NCBI GenBank assembly: GCA_025603075.1
Contig: MU626404.1
Coordinates: forward strand, 1-49,417
DNA: 49,417 bases
Direction: 5' to 3'
Origin: Neoconidiobolus thromboides FSU 785
Lineage: Eukaryota > Fungi > Entomophthoromycota
The notes below the pieces were generated by a model, which was given only the letters and a program-made list of their open reading frames with translations, was not told the origin of the DNA and ran no database searches. The translations under genes and the position numbers were made by a program. This document shows, piece after piece, positions 1-11,180 of the stretch; positions within the stretch are counted from its first letter, which is position 1; every line of letters begins with the position of its first letter.

Positions 1-894
1 CAATATATTAATAATGTAATTATAACATTAAAGTAGTTTATTTATTTGATAATAAATCTACGATGTTGGTTATAAAGCAGTTGATAATAAATATTTCTCA
101 ATTAAGCTTTATAAGAACATGTATTTAAGATCTAGTAGAAATTCAACTAACTTACAGTATGAGCTATAATAGAATGATTTAGAACTGTGTTTGGGTACTT
201 TTGTTTTAATAAAAGATGTGATTTTATAGAATTTTAAGCGAAGTTTTTAAAATACAAAATTTTTCAAAAATTGGATAAAATAATGAAACTAATTCAGACA
301 ACCCCATATAGTTCCTAGTGAAAATTTCAATGCAGAAAAGGGATGGCTCAATTAATGTAATGAATAACAACTCGCAATATTGACAGTGATAAATCCAAAC
401 AGTCAAGATAATTGCTGGAGGACACGAATAATTAAAGACTAAAAGCTGTTCTTTTAATATTTACTTTTCGCTAGAGATAATGTGTTATTAATCTATAGAA
501 TTTACTGCCAAGTTTGGGCAAAAACTTGTATTTTTCCTACTGTTTAAAATGAGTTTATTTTTCTTTACTTTTATTGCCATCAGTTACAACAAATTTGAGT
601 TTATATTTAATAAAAAATATCAAAAATACCATACAATTGATTCAATAAGGCCTCCAAATATTATACAAATATGCTTTGAGTAATTAGAAACTTCATATAC
701 ACTTTTAAACGGTTTTAAAAATAGAACTAGTTTTAACTATTTTTTTTCACTAGCATATAAGATTAAAGATGGTCTGTTCTTTAAAGAGATACTAAGTCCA
801 AATATTACTTTTTAGAATTATGGTGTATAGCGTTAAAAAAGTTTTTGTTCAATATCAATAATAGTAGAGAATTTTCTAATCATTACAAACTATA

Positions 895-981
895 GTTTTA
901 TTTTTACCTTTTTTTATCTTTTAAGCACCATTTGAGCAGAAAAATTGTTAGTAAAATTTTTAAATATAAAAATACATCTTC
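895..981 (+). mobile_element. MITE copy 1 (left end missing)
   Basis: TTTTAAGCACCATTTGAGCAGAAAAATTGTTAGTAAAATT..CATCTTC matches the family core and right end. Confidence 0.75.
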
Positions 982-985
982 ATAT

Positions 986-1083
986 GGGGATGTTTTTTTT
1001 GGCTTCATTATTTTTCTATCTTTTAAGCACTATTTAAATGAAAAAATTGTTAGTAAAATTCTCAAATACAAAAATACATCCTC
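986..1083 (+). mobile_element. MITE copy 2, TSD ATAT/ATAT
   Basis: GGGGATG...CATCCTC, 98 bp. Confidence 0.9.
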
Positions 1084-1612
1084 ATATATTAAAATATTGA
1101 AATACAAGAAAATTCAGAATAGAGTTATTGATATACAGTCTATACTTTGTTAGATTCACACATTAATTTAAAACATGCCAATTAAGTAAAGTTAATGTTA
1201 TAATGGAGTGACAAGTTTAGATGTTTTTTTATACTCTAGTCATTTTAAGTAAATAAATTTTTATGTTAGAAACATTTTCAGATGAGTTTTTGAATATTTG
1301 AAATAAAAGGCAAAATTTTTATTTATAATAAATATAAAACAGTGATCTAATATAGCATTTATCTTATATATTATAAAGTCATTCTTATATAAATAGATTA
1401 TCCTTGAAGATTTTATCTATTATTAATGATAACGCTATTATCATGAAAAATAGTCACGAGCTATTAAGATAATTAAGCTATTTTTTCTCTTAGTTGATTA
1501 TCTATAGATGGTTATCTATCATAATAATACTATCATTGATAATAGATAGATATACCCTTTATTCCTAATATGATAGGAATTCCATCTGCTTAATCCATTT
1601 GATTATTCATAT

Positions 1613-1710
1613 GAGGATGCATTTTTTCGTTTAAGAATTTTGCTGATAATCTTTCCACTCAAATAGTGTTTAAAAATGGAAAAAGTAATGAAGACAAAAA
1701 AAACATCCTC
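1613..1710 (-). mobile_element. MITE copy 3, TSD ATAT/ATAT
   Basis: GAGGATG...CATCCTC, core in reverse orientation. Confidence 0.88.
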
Positions 1711-2127
1711 ATATCTTATTTTGATTTAACTTGTAATATTTAAATTATTATTTTCAGTGTATTAACTAGCTTTAGTTTTGAATTGACTTTTATTCGGTTT
1801 TATTGTATCAATACTAAATATCAAAAAGCCTTTATTAGTAGTTTTATCTTTATAGGGAATGTAAATAAATGTATCTAGCATATGAATCATTAATTTATAG
1901 TTAATTGTGAAAGTGATTTTTTATTAAAAGTATGGGCTAAAACATTTTTCTATACTGATAAAGAAGGTTACCTCAATTAACACAATTTTTTGTTTTTAAA
2001 TGTAAATATCAAAGTAATATCTTATCCTAAATATCATACAAAATATAAAACGCTATTTATAAAAATGAAATATATTGAAAATGGTTTTTTTTAAAAATCC
2101 GACAACTATCCATAAAAGGTCAATAAT

Positions 2128-2533
2128 TTATTTAATACCTAGTTGTTTAGCTTGGGTGGTAACTGGACCATCCGATTCAATATTATCTACATGTTCATGA
2201 CTTTGTAATGTAGCTGGTAGGAATAAATAAATATTTAGTCAATATGACATTATAAAAAAAACTTACAGAGATGATCATCTGGTACTGAAGCAGCAAATCC
2301 TTTCAAAACAGTATCATATTTATGGGTTATTTTACCACCTAGGAGGTTGGATAAGTTATAGTCAATATATAATTATAAATTAATTTACCTCGACTTTCGA
2401 TATCTTTGATAGCACTTTCTAATACATGATCTTCTGTACCACTTTTAAAAGTTACAATATAATTTCCATGTCCTTGAAAATATTAAATATAATAATTCAC
2501 TTTAGCTAATGTAAATCACTTACCTGAACTCAT
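2128..2533 (-). CDS. Peptidase inhibitor I9 family protein (proteinase B inhibitor/POIA-like), 83 aa, 4 exons (2533-2524, 2472-2389, 2338-2267, 2213-2128)
   Basis: Manual splicing with three GT-AG introns gives an uninterrupted 252-nt frame: MSSGHGNYIVTFKSGTEDHVLESAIKDIESRGGKITHKYDTVLKGFAASVPDDHLSTLQSHEHVDNIESDGPVTTQAKQLGIK*. The YIV-F, GGKI-H-Y, GFAA and V-IE-D pattern is typical of I9 inhibitors and subtilisin propeptides. Confidence 0.88.
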
Positions 2534-2693
2534 TGTGATTTTTTATTTATTAAAACTATTTGTATAAGTTGAGAGTTTTATAGTATTTATATACATCTTT
2601 CTTGAAAGTTTTACGTCATCCAAAATCATTTGTTAGGTTTGGGTTAAACCCCTCTTAGTAGAAAATAGATGAAGTCATCATCGTGTTGAAATA

Positions 2694-3065
2694 ATTGGGC
2701 TTTAAGTGAGATTTTAGATTGGTAAAAATTCTACTTCTCTGCCCAAAAATTAAAATAATGAAGTTTATTTCAATTAAGCTTCTAAGAAATCAAATTTAAC
2801 CCCTTGAGCGCCACTAGCTTTTACGAAAATCCGGTTATGGTTAACTTCTTGAAGCAAAGTTATTAAACAGCAATATTTAACCAATAAAGTTGAAACAATT
2901 TAGCCAATCAGGTCAGTTTTTGATTAGCTAAACTTTTTAGACATAGCTGGTTAAAAGCTACATTTTGATTAGAGCGTACATACTCGTTATAATTGCTTGA
3001 CAGGTTAAAGCCACGAATTTTGAATAAAAGTTATTGGCTTAAATTGAAATATCAACAAAGCCAAT
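2694..3065. promoter_or_regulatory. Divergent promoter with six CCAAT/ATTGG boxes
   Basis: ATTGG at 2694, 2718 and 3033; CCAAT at 2881, 2904 and 3061; lies between the head-to-head I9 (ATG 2533) and CSN1 (ATG 3121) genes. Confidence 0.4.
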
Positions 3066-3120
3066 GATGTAAACAAATTTCTTATTTTCAAATTCTATTT
3101 TGACAAAAACAAGGGTGATA

Positions 3121-4713
3121 ATGGACGAATTTAACGATTTCTCAAACGAGAAATATGGTTCTAAAGAAATAGTTTTTATGGAGGATGAAGATGATGAATT
3201 AGGAGAATTCGAAATGGATAAAAGAGAAGCTGATAATAAATTGGAGTTCGAAGGTAAAGTTAAAAAACCTATTCAATTTCATTTAGAAGATTATATTTTG
3301 GACTATGAAGGTAATGATGATTTAATAATAAATGGCAAAATAATAGCGATAACTATAGGCGAAATCAAATATAAACGATTGGAATATCTAATAAAAGTAT
3401 GCCCGGAATTAAAGGAAAAAGCATTATTCTTACTATTAAAAAGTTTACGTGAAGAAACTTTAGAGTACGAAAGATACTTGAAACATTACAATGAGTACCA
3501 TGCTATCATAAAAAGCAGTAGTGGGAACTCCGATAAGCATACTATTAAAGATGAATCAAAATGGATCGAAGATTGTAAAAAATATAGTAAAGAAGAAAGA
3601 GATAGAATTGAAACCCTTATCCGAAATTCCAAAAAAAACAATATCATGGAAAGTATAAGGGTAAAAAATTAGCATCATTTTTATTATCAACGCTTATTTT
3701 TATTAGCTAAGCTACTTTGAGGCAGGTGAACTTGAAATTAAATTAGGAGACATTGAAAAAAGTATTATTTATTTCAATTTAAGTAAAGAGTACTCTAGTA
3801 ATGATAAAACTACATTGCAATGTATCTTAAAAATACTTGAATTACAAGTAAAACAATCTAACTTTAAAGGATTCAATTATCTATTGCATCGTGTTAAGTC
3901 GATTAAGAATATTGGAGAAAAAGAACAATCTTTTATTAATTGTATTAACGTATTAAAGCATTTGCAATCTTCAGAGTACAAACAAGTATTAACTTACTTA
4001 GTTAAAATTGACGAAAAGTATGAAGATGATTTCAAAAGGGTAATTATTCTTAATTCTATTTTATACACTATTTTTACATTATACATATTATTTATACCGT
4101 CCTTAGGTTATTTCGACAAACGATTTAGCAATGATTGGTACACTTTGTATATTGGCTACTTATAACCGCAAAGAATTGAAGCAAATCAGTTTAAAAAGCA
4201 GCCCCATTAAAGCATTGTTAGATAATGAACCTGTTTTAAAAGATTTGTTGTATGATTTTTCAATTACAAGATACTCAAAAGGATTTATGGATTTAGAAAA
4301 CTTAAAGGATCGATTTTTATTAGATATTTATTTAGCACCTCGAGTGAATGCTTTATTTGATAAAATATTTGTGGCTTCAGTTATGGCTTATACTTCTCCA
4401 TTTCAATCTCTTAAAATTGAACGTATCAGTAGCCAATTCAATTTACCACATGATAAAATGGAAAAACTTTTAATTGAGTGGATTTCTAATGATGAGCTTA
4501 AGGCTAGAGTTGATATAAAAAATAAGGTAATATCAATACTAATGATACATATTATTATAATAACAATTTTTTATTTAATTATAGGTCCTTTATAATAATT
4601 TTAACTTAAATACAAACGTATTTCAAGACACTGTCTTAAAGCACTATAATTTAATGATGAAAAATCAAATCCTATTGACTAATTCCATCTTTGCTTTAAA
4701 CCCTTGGAAATAA
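3121..4713 (+). CDS. CSN1: COP9 signalosome subunit 1 (RPN7 + PCI domains); introns 3311-3358, 3661-3706, 4040-4106, 4527-4584
   Basis: Three track ORFs join through GT-AG introns. Segments FHLEDYILDYEG..KRL, KWIE..KNNIMESIR, LCILATYNRKEL and LLDIYLAP..YTSPF..KARVD match the CSN1/GPS1 pattern. Confidence 0.85.
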
Positions 4714-4925
4714 ACTTCATACTATAGCAATTTAAATAAATTTGTTTTTTAATATATAAATGCTTTAACTAACTATTGTATTTTAGAAAATACTTAATTA
4801 ACAAAATTTTAGTAAGTGAATAAAACAAAATGACTAAACAAAATTTCAATCTTCCAAGTTTACTTAACAGGCTAAAAGATTGAACAAAGCAATAACATTT
4901 ATTAATAATTTGTACTAAATAATAT

Positions 4926-5015
4926 GAGGATGTTTTTGTTTTATTACTTTTTTCATTTCTTAACCACCATTTAAAAAAACTAATAGTTAAATTCTTAAAC
5001 AAAAAAGACATCCTC
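4926..5015 (+). mobile_element. MITE copy 4, TSD ATAT/ATAT, internally degenerate
   Basis: GAGGATG...CATCCTC. Confidence 0.8.
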
Positions 5016-5984
5016 ATATATATACTCTTATATCTGTATTATAAGATAAATCTAGTCATTTTGGATATATTAAATATTTCACCAGTTATTCTATTGAAAG
5101 AAAGCCATGTCATGCTAGTTCTTCAAACAATAATTGACTTTGTTTAAACTTATACAGGGTTGTGAAGATTATTTTTTTCCGAAATAACAAAAAGGGAGTT
5201 TTAAAGATTTATCATGAAGCCATGTTATCCTAAACGATTATTGTCAACCTTTTCTTGAAATAACAAATACTGTTTTTTGTAACTAAATAGAATATTTCTT
5301 AATGCTTTGACTGTTACAAAGTATGCAACTCTAATACTTTATTTGGTTTAAAAAAATACTAAAACTGAGCACTCCCATTGTAAGACTACGATGGAAATTT
5401 ATAGAATTGATCATTTTTATCAAGATGTAAAATAAAACACTAACTATAAATACTCAAAATAATCACATATTATCTTTAACATCCTTTATTAATAAAATGA
5501 ACAACTAGTGAAGAAAATAACACAGCCTATAATTGCTCTTCAAGCTCATATGCTTTGATACTAAAACTGGTTTATATCATATAACTAACTACATATACAA
5601 AAGGTAAATAAAATGAACCCCATTTAAATAGTATCGATGCCCCCGAGTGTTTCGGATATGATATCATGGATACTCACTTGTGCTTAGTTAATCGTTATTA
5701 TTTTATTGATAGCAAAGGTATCTCTGACTCATGGAGGCATGAGTTAGAGTTTTTAAAAGGTAACTCAATTGTGCATGTTTATAGATTGTCTTTATTAATT
5801 GTATACCTCTATTAACCTTATGCTATTTACCATCTCTGAATCTATATCATCTGCTAACGACTTATATCTTAATATTGAAGATCTGTATAACTAAATAGTT
5901 AAGCTATCTAGATATACCAATTTAACTTTTACCAGGTGTTATTATATAAATATTTTAGACACACTGTGTTTTTTACCTTCATAT

Positions 5985-6079
5985 GGTGATACATTTTTCT
6001 TTGAGAACTTTACTATCAATTTTTCCACTTAAATAACACTTAAAAACAGAAAAAGTGATGAAATTAAAAAAATATTTTC
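5985..6079 (-). mobile_element. MITE copy 5, TSD ATAT/ATAT, degenerate termini
   Basis: Core TTTACTATCAATTTTTCCACTTAAATAACACTTAAAA. Confidence 0.75.
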
Positions 6080-6857
6080 ATATATTTATTCAATTTTCAT
6101 AAGTATCACTATTGTATAGTGCTCAGGCATGAGATTTAAATGTTTTCTAGAGCAACAAGCATTTTCTAGGTAAATTAAAATAATCTGATATTTATATTTT
6201 TAGCTTTCTTCCAAACTAATGATAAAAATAAGTAATAAATCTTTAAATGCTTTAAATTATCCAAATAGTGTAGCAAGTAAAAAAGATAATATGCAAGTTG
6301 CGTAAGGAGCATTTGAATCGAAATGAATAATCTCATCTATTTTTTAGCTTTAAGAGTTCTCCGAAAATAGTAGCTACTATAAAGAAACCCTCAATCAACA
6401 AAATGTTTCAATATCTGATCATAATACAAGCAAGGATTTAAAGTATTATCTTTCAGTCTCAATTTTAAGCCAAAATACTAAGTTTTAAACTATGAAGTAG
6501 CAAAATAAGACAAAAAATACTTGTTAGTACCGCATATTTATAATAGATAGCCTATTGGTTTTAATAAAATGATTCTATATAGTCCATCTTATTTAAAAAA
6601 AAACATGCTGCCTTGTATTAATAATGAAGCAGTTAATAGACTAAAAAGATCTTTCATTTTGAGTGATCGAATTGTTAAAATCTAGTAAGGTAAAATGACT
6701 AATTCAATGTGATCAATAAATTAGATAGTATTTTCATTCTTTTATTTCTATCTAACCAAGAACTTATTTTATTTTATTTTATTTTATTTATGATATTAAA
6801 AAAACCAGTGGATATGTTTTTTTTATTTCTCAACTTAATTCAGACCAATAGTTAAAA

Positions 6858-8387
6858 TTACGTTAAAGGCTTGAATACAACATAAGGGTCTGGTATTCCC
6901 AAATCTCCAGTATAAAATTCTTTACGTTTGCCGTCTCTTGTTTCAATACGGTATTTCTGTAAAAGAGTGCTCACTAAGGAAATAATCTCCTGTACAGCAA
7001 AGAACCTTCCTGGGCAAGCATGACGCCCCATACCAAAGTTTAAAAAATTTTGAGTTACTTTACTAGCTTTAAGTTTAGATTCAACAAATTGAAATGGATT
7101 GTACTGGAGCTCAAGAGGAACAAAAGGGTCTATATTTAGCATTTTATCTCCATTAGCATAGTTTTCAGGGTTGAAATGAATACTTGGCAAATCAAAGGCC
7201 ATTAAAGATCCCTTTGGAATCTTCATTCCATTGGGCAATACACGTTCGATGTTGGTAAGTCTCCAAGAATCTAAATGATGAGACCTATGTCTTAAAGTTT
7301 CACGGATGGCAGAGTTTAAATTCTCAAATTTATCAATATCCTCTTTACTTAATAACGGGCTTCCGGTTTTATCCTTTACTACATGTTCAGTTATTCTTTT
7401 TTGCTCTTCACGTAAAACTGAAAAGTTTTCCGGATGCGCTAATAAGTCAGCGATAAGAAGACTGGAGTTTCTAGTGGTAGTAGAGATGGAAGCAAACCCA
7501 ATAATCATAATAGCATGTGCAATTTGGCTAATAGTATGCCCTCTATCACTCAATGCATCTATGAGCCCTTTTACTTCAACTTTTTCTCCAGCTTTAATTA
7601 TTTGTCTTCTATTCTGAATATACTTTTCAATTCTAGAATAAATAAACTCTCTTTCTTTAACAGATGGGTTTCCATTTTTGATTTTATAACTAACAATATA
7701 ACTTCCAATAAAAGGTACTAAATGCCAAAGCAACCCTTTTTTTAAACAACTGTCTACCTTGTTAGAGTAATCACGTAGTAAAAAAATTAAGTCATTGTCC
7801 TTTGATAACTCAGGACCAAGTAGAAGAATGCCAACAGAGTTTGCAATTACATTCGAGAAAAGGAACTCAATGTTGATACCTTCTGGACCAGTTCCTTCGC
7901 CTATTTCCTTCTGAATAATTTCATTCATGATTTTTAAAACTTCTGGAAGCATAGTCTTCAACATAGGTGTAATCACTTGATTAATAATTGCAACATTATC
8001 TAAGATTTGATCTGGTTTACCTGGAGAGTCTTTGCTTTCTCCAAGTACCTCAGTGAGGAAAAGTATTTTGTCTCTGCCTTGATATACATCCATATCGTGG
8101 GCTTTGGCTAAGTACTCGGAAGCTTTATTAGCGAATACAAGTATTTTCTTTCCTAAAAAGTTGACTCCAAATATATCACCATATTTCTTTTGGCATTCTA
8201 ATAGAAACTGTCTGGGGTTGTTTCTTAGCTGTAAAGTATGACCAATAATTGGGATATAAGGCACCATTGGAGGTTCATCCTTTATAGAATATAATTTATA
8301 GGCAGCGTGCGCTATCCATAGCAAAAGAGAGTAAATGATTAGTTTATCTAAAGACAAATAATCCTTTAAATCTAAGTAACCTGTCAT
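6858..8387 (-). CDS. Cytochrome P450, intronless, 509 aa
   Basis: N-terminal TM anchor, PP hinge (EPPMVP), K-helix ETLR, heme motif FGMGRHACPGRFFA. Confidence 0.95.
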   Translation of the reverse strand: MTGYLDLKDYLSLDKLIIYSLLLWIAHAAYKLYSIKDEPPMVPYIPIIGHTLQLRNNPRQFLLECQKKYGDIFGVNFLGKKILVFANKASEYLAKAHDMDVYQGRDKILFLTEVLGESKDSPGKPDQILDNVAIINQVITPMLKTMLPEVLKIMNEIIQKEIGEGTGPEGINIEFLFSNVIANSVGILLLGPELSKDNDLIFLLRDYSNKVDSCLKKGLLWHLVPFIGSYIVSYKIKNGNPSVKEREFIYSRIEKYIQNRRQIIKAGEKVEVKGLIDALSDRGHTISQIAHAIMIIGFASISTTTRNSSLLIADLLAHPENFSVLREEQKRITEHVVKDKTGSPLLSKEDIDKFENLNSAIRETLRHRSHHLDSWRLTNIERVLPNGMKIPKGSLMAFDLPSIHFNPENYANGDKMLNIDPFVPLELQYNPFQFVESKLKASKVTQNFLNFGMGRHACPGRFFAVQEIISLVSTLLQKYRIETRDGKRKEFYTGDLGIPDPYVVFKPLT

Positions 8388-9445
8388 TTATATAGTTTAT
8401 AGCAAAACTAAAGCTAAAAGTGGCCTTTTTATATACCTTTTTATATTTATTAAATTGTTTTTTATAATTTTATAGTAGTTTAAGTAATACTATTATTGGC
8501 TGGTTTTAATCATTTATCATAACAACACCTATTATATTTTGAACTACGCTCAATTTTAAATAAAAAGTTTGCTTTATTTGTAAACTTTAACTAAATTTAT
8601 TATTATTTTCCTTAATCTTTATTAATACAAAACGAATTGTAGTATCAAAGTACATCATTCTTTATGCCTATAAGCTTATGAAATATACAAAACATTTCTA
8701 GCTTACATGAACTTTACACAAAATACAAGTTGTTGTTTATTACTGCGAATTAGTTATTGAAAACTAATTGCATAAAAGCAGTTTAGCTGCGATCTAATAG
8801 TTTATTGACTTGCATACACAGAGCTTTTCATCCGTTTCAATGGAGATTTGAGAAATTTAATTTGGACTGGTTTGTATCGGCACTATTTCGAAACTAAATT
8901 ATTATGATATTTGTAATAGATGTTTGAAGGTATAAAATTTTAATAAAGCTTAGGAGGTATAAAGTTTTGTTTTAGTATAAACTTTCCCACATTGTGCAAA
9001 TATCACTTTAGGTCAAAACTTAATTGAAATCGTTATTTGTCTATATTCTATATAAACTCCTTTATTTGTATATTTTAACTTTTATATTAATGAAGATAAA
9101 GTAAACAAAAAGCATATGTTAATATGAATACTAAGAATAATATACTGCGATATGTTTTTTTCACCGAATTTAATTATAAAACTATTTAATTCCCATATAT
9201 TTTATAGAATAGTAAAACAATAAAGTATGGTTTCATATGGAGTAGGTTCAAAAGCTCAATTAAAATTGGATACTTCCACTCTACTTTTTTTGTCCATTTT
9301 CTATTTAGTACAAACATTTGAAAAAACACTGTACAAAAAAATTACTGAGTAATTTAAGTTAAACTCTAGCACCTTATGCCCAGTTCGCAATTTTTACTAA
9401 AATCTATATTATACAAAAATTGAACTGAGATTTTACTAACCCATA

Positions 9446-9542
9446 GGGGATGTTTTTTTTGACTTCATCACTTTTTCTATTTTTTATACGTTATTTGAAT
9501 AGAAAAATTGTTAGAAAATTCTTAAACAAAAAACTCGTTCAC
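9446..9542 (+). mobile_element. MITE copy 6
   Basis: GGGGATG left end, core TATTTGAATAGAAAAATTGTTAG; right end eroded. Confidence 0.78.
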
Positions 9543-9728
9543 ATATTTAATATACTTGTTTGGTTTTTTTCAATGAAGTTAAAACAAATCTTAGGAAATC
9601 CTTTAGTTGAAATATTAAAAATAAGAAAGCCATTATTTATATTTGTAATTATTAACAGTTTTTATAAATACCTTTGCTTTTTAAAATTTATTCTAAAATA
9701 TGGAGTAATTAAAAAATACCTATCATTT

Positions 9729-9815
9729 GGAGATGTTTTTTGCTTAAAATTTTACTATCAGTTTTTCTATTAAGTAATGCTTAAATAAAAATTGATGAAA
9801 TTAAAAAATACACAT
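9729..9815 (-). mobile_element. MITE copy 7 (old, degenerate)
   Basis: GGAGATG..AAAATTTTACTATCAGTTTTTC..GCTTAAA..GATGAAA; ends approximate. Confidence 0.55.
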
Positions 9816-11180
9816 ACATCTATCAGGTATAATGTTTTTAACTATTTTGGGTTTTTGAATAAATAGAATATTTGCTATATTTGGATCAATTAATAATATA
9901 ACTTTTTGAATGTTTTCTTGATTTCGTTTATTTGTTCATTTTTTGTTTGTAAACTTCAAAAAAATATTAGTTGTTTTATAAAAAAAATATCTTGCTTTTT
10001 CGCAATATTTTAATTTGAAGCTCCTAAGTTACTTAAGTTTCATGGCAGCTTATCAAAAATACTGAAATTGTCAAAAGTTTATAGAGACAAGTTCTCACAA
10101 TAACTAAGTTCAATATATTATTTAGTTAATGTGAGTATTCAAATTACTACAAAATTAAGCTGGAGCTTATCAGTTCACAGAAAGATATTAAAAATAATGT
10201 TGGTGTCAGGGCCACTAATCAAATTGCTTACTTTCCGAAGCTTGATGCCATAATTAGACAAGATTCAATAGAGTTGAAACATTTCAAAAAATAATATAAG
10301 AAGGCCATAACAAAATCATTACAAACTTTGGTGACATGTTATCAAATAAAAATATAAGATATGGTAACTCAATGGATTCTATACTCATAGAAAGTATAAG
10401 CAATTGGATCTCTTCTTCTGGATCTCTCTTCATTGAACTTTATTTTACACTCATTTCCGGAATAAACCATACTCTTAAGCCTTACCAATCTAGTTAACTT
10501 GATTTAGATATTAGATTACAATATATTCGTTTAAGAAAACCTCAATACTTCCCGTTTTTATTGGTCAAGCATTGGGTTTGCCTTACTCTACCTTGCTTTA
10601 CATTAACTTATCAATTAGTGCGTCATTGGATTTAAGGAGTTTAAAGCTACTATGCCTTTTATTTACAAATGTGTTATTTAGTAGTAATAAGCAGAAATAT
10701 GTTTGATCCTATTAAGGGTAACTAAAGTCCGTTATGCCTTTAAATATAGGACTGGCCTAACTTGGGAGCTCTCTGTATTGAGAAACTAGATCAGGATAGA
10801 GGTCATAGATTAAACACACCTTTTCTTTGATTTTTATAAAAAAGTAGAAAATCTAGCTTTTGGATTGTTTAGGATACCTCTTTTATTCTAACTCTTTGGG
10901 CATCAAGGACGTAATGTCCTTGCTTAACAGCCTTAATTATGCAATATCGCTTGAATAAACAAGGTTGATTAAAAAATTGAGCTTGAACCAAATAGAATTT
11001 TTGATAAATCTAGTATATAAAGGGTTGATGGTATGAAATTTAAGCATAAAAATAAAAATTAGAGATGCTTTTTACAAAATTTCCTTGCCCAAAAATGTGG
11101 AATATTTTTTTAAATTTTATTAATTCATTAAAATTTTTAAGTTTAAGTTTTTAAGCTTTTGTATCTTTTTAACAATAAAA

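Noticed and set aside
224-406. Short ORFs 224-406, 41660-41857 and 48279-48467
   Set aside because: No recognisable motifs or splice continuation.
932-1153. 73-aa ORF with an internal repeat
   Set aside because: It is the translation of two tandem MITE copies.
4769-5017. 82-aa ORF (likewise 9450-9773)
   Set aside because: Starts inside a MITE and has low-complexity F/L/K/I composition typical of AT-rich noise.
5725-5746. TGACTCATG-GAGG-CATGAGTTA hairpin containing an AP-1/Gcn4 site
   Set aside because: Imperfect, far from any start codon, single occurrence.
7306-7721. Short ORFs antisense to real genes (7306, 7515, 12240, 13135, 14146, 18363, 27382, 32389, 37420, 40562) and alternative-frame ORFs (27768, 30281, 43171)
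   Set aside because: Shadows of stronger ORFs; no motifs of their own.
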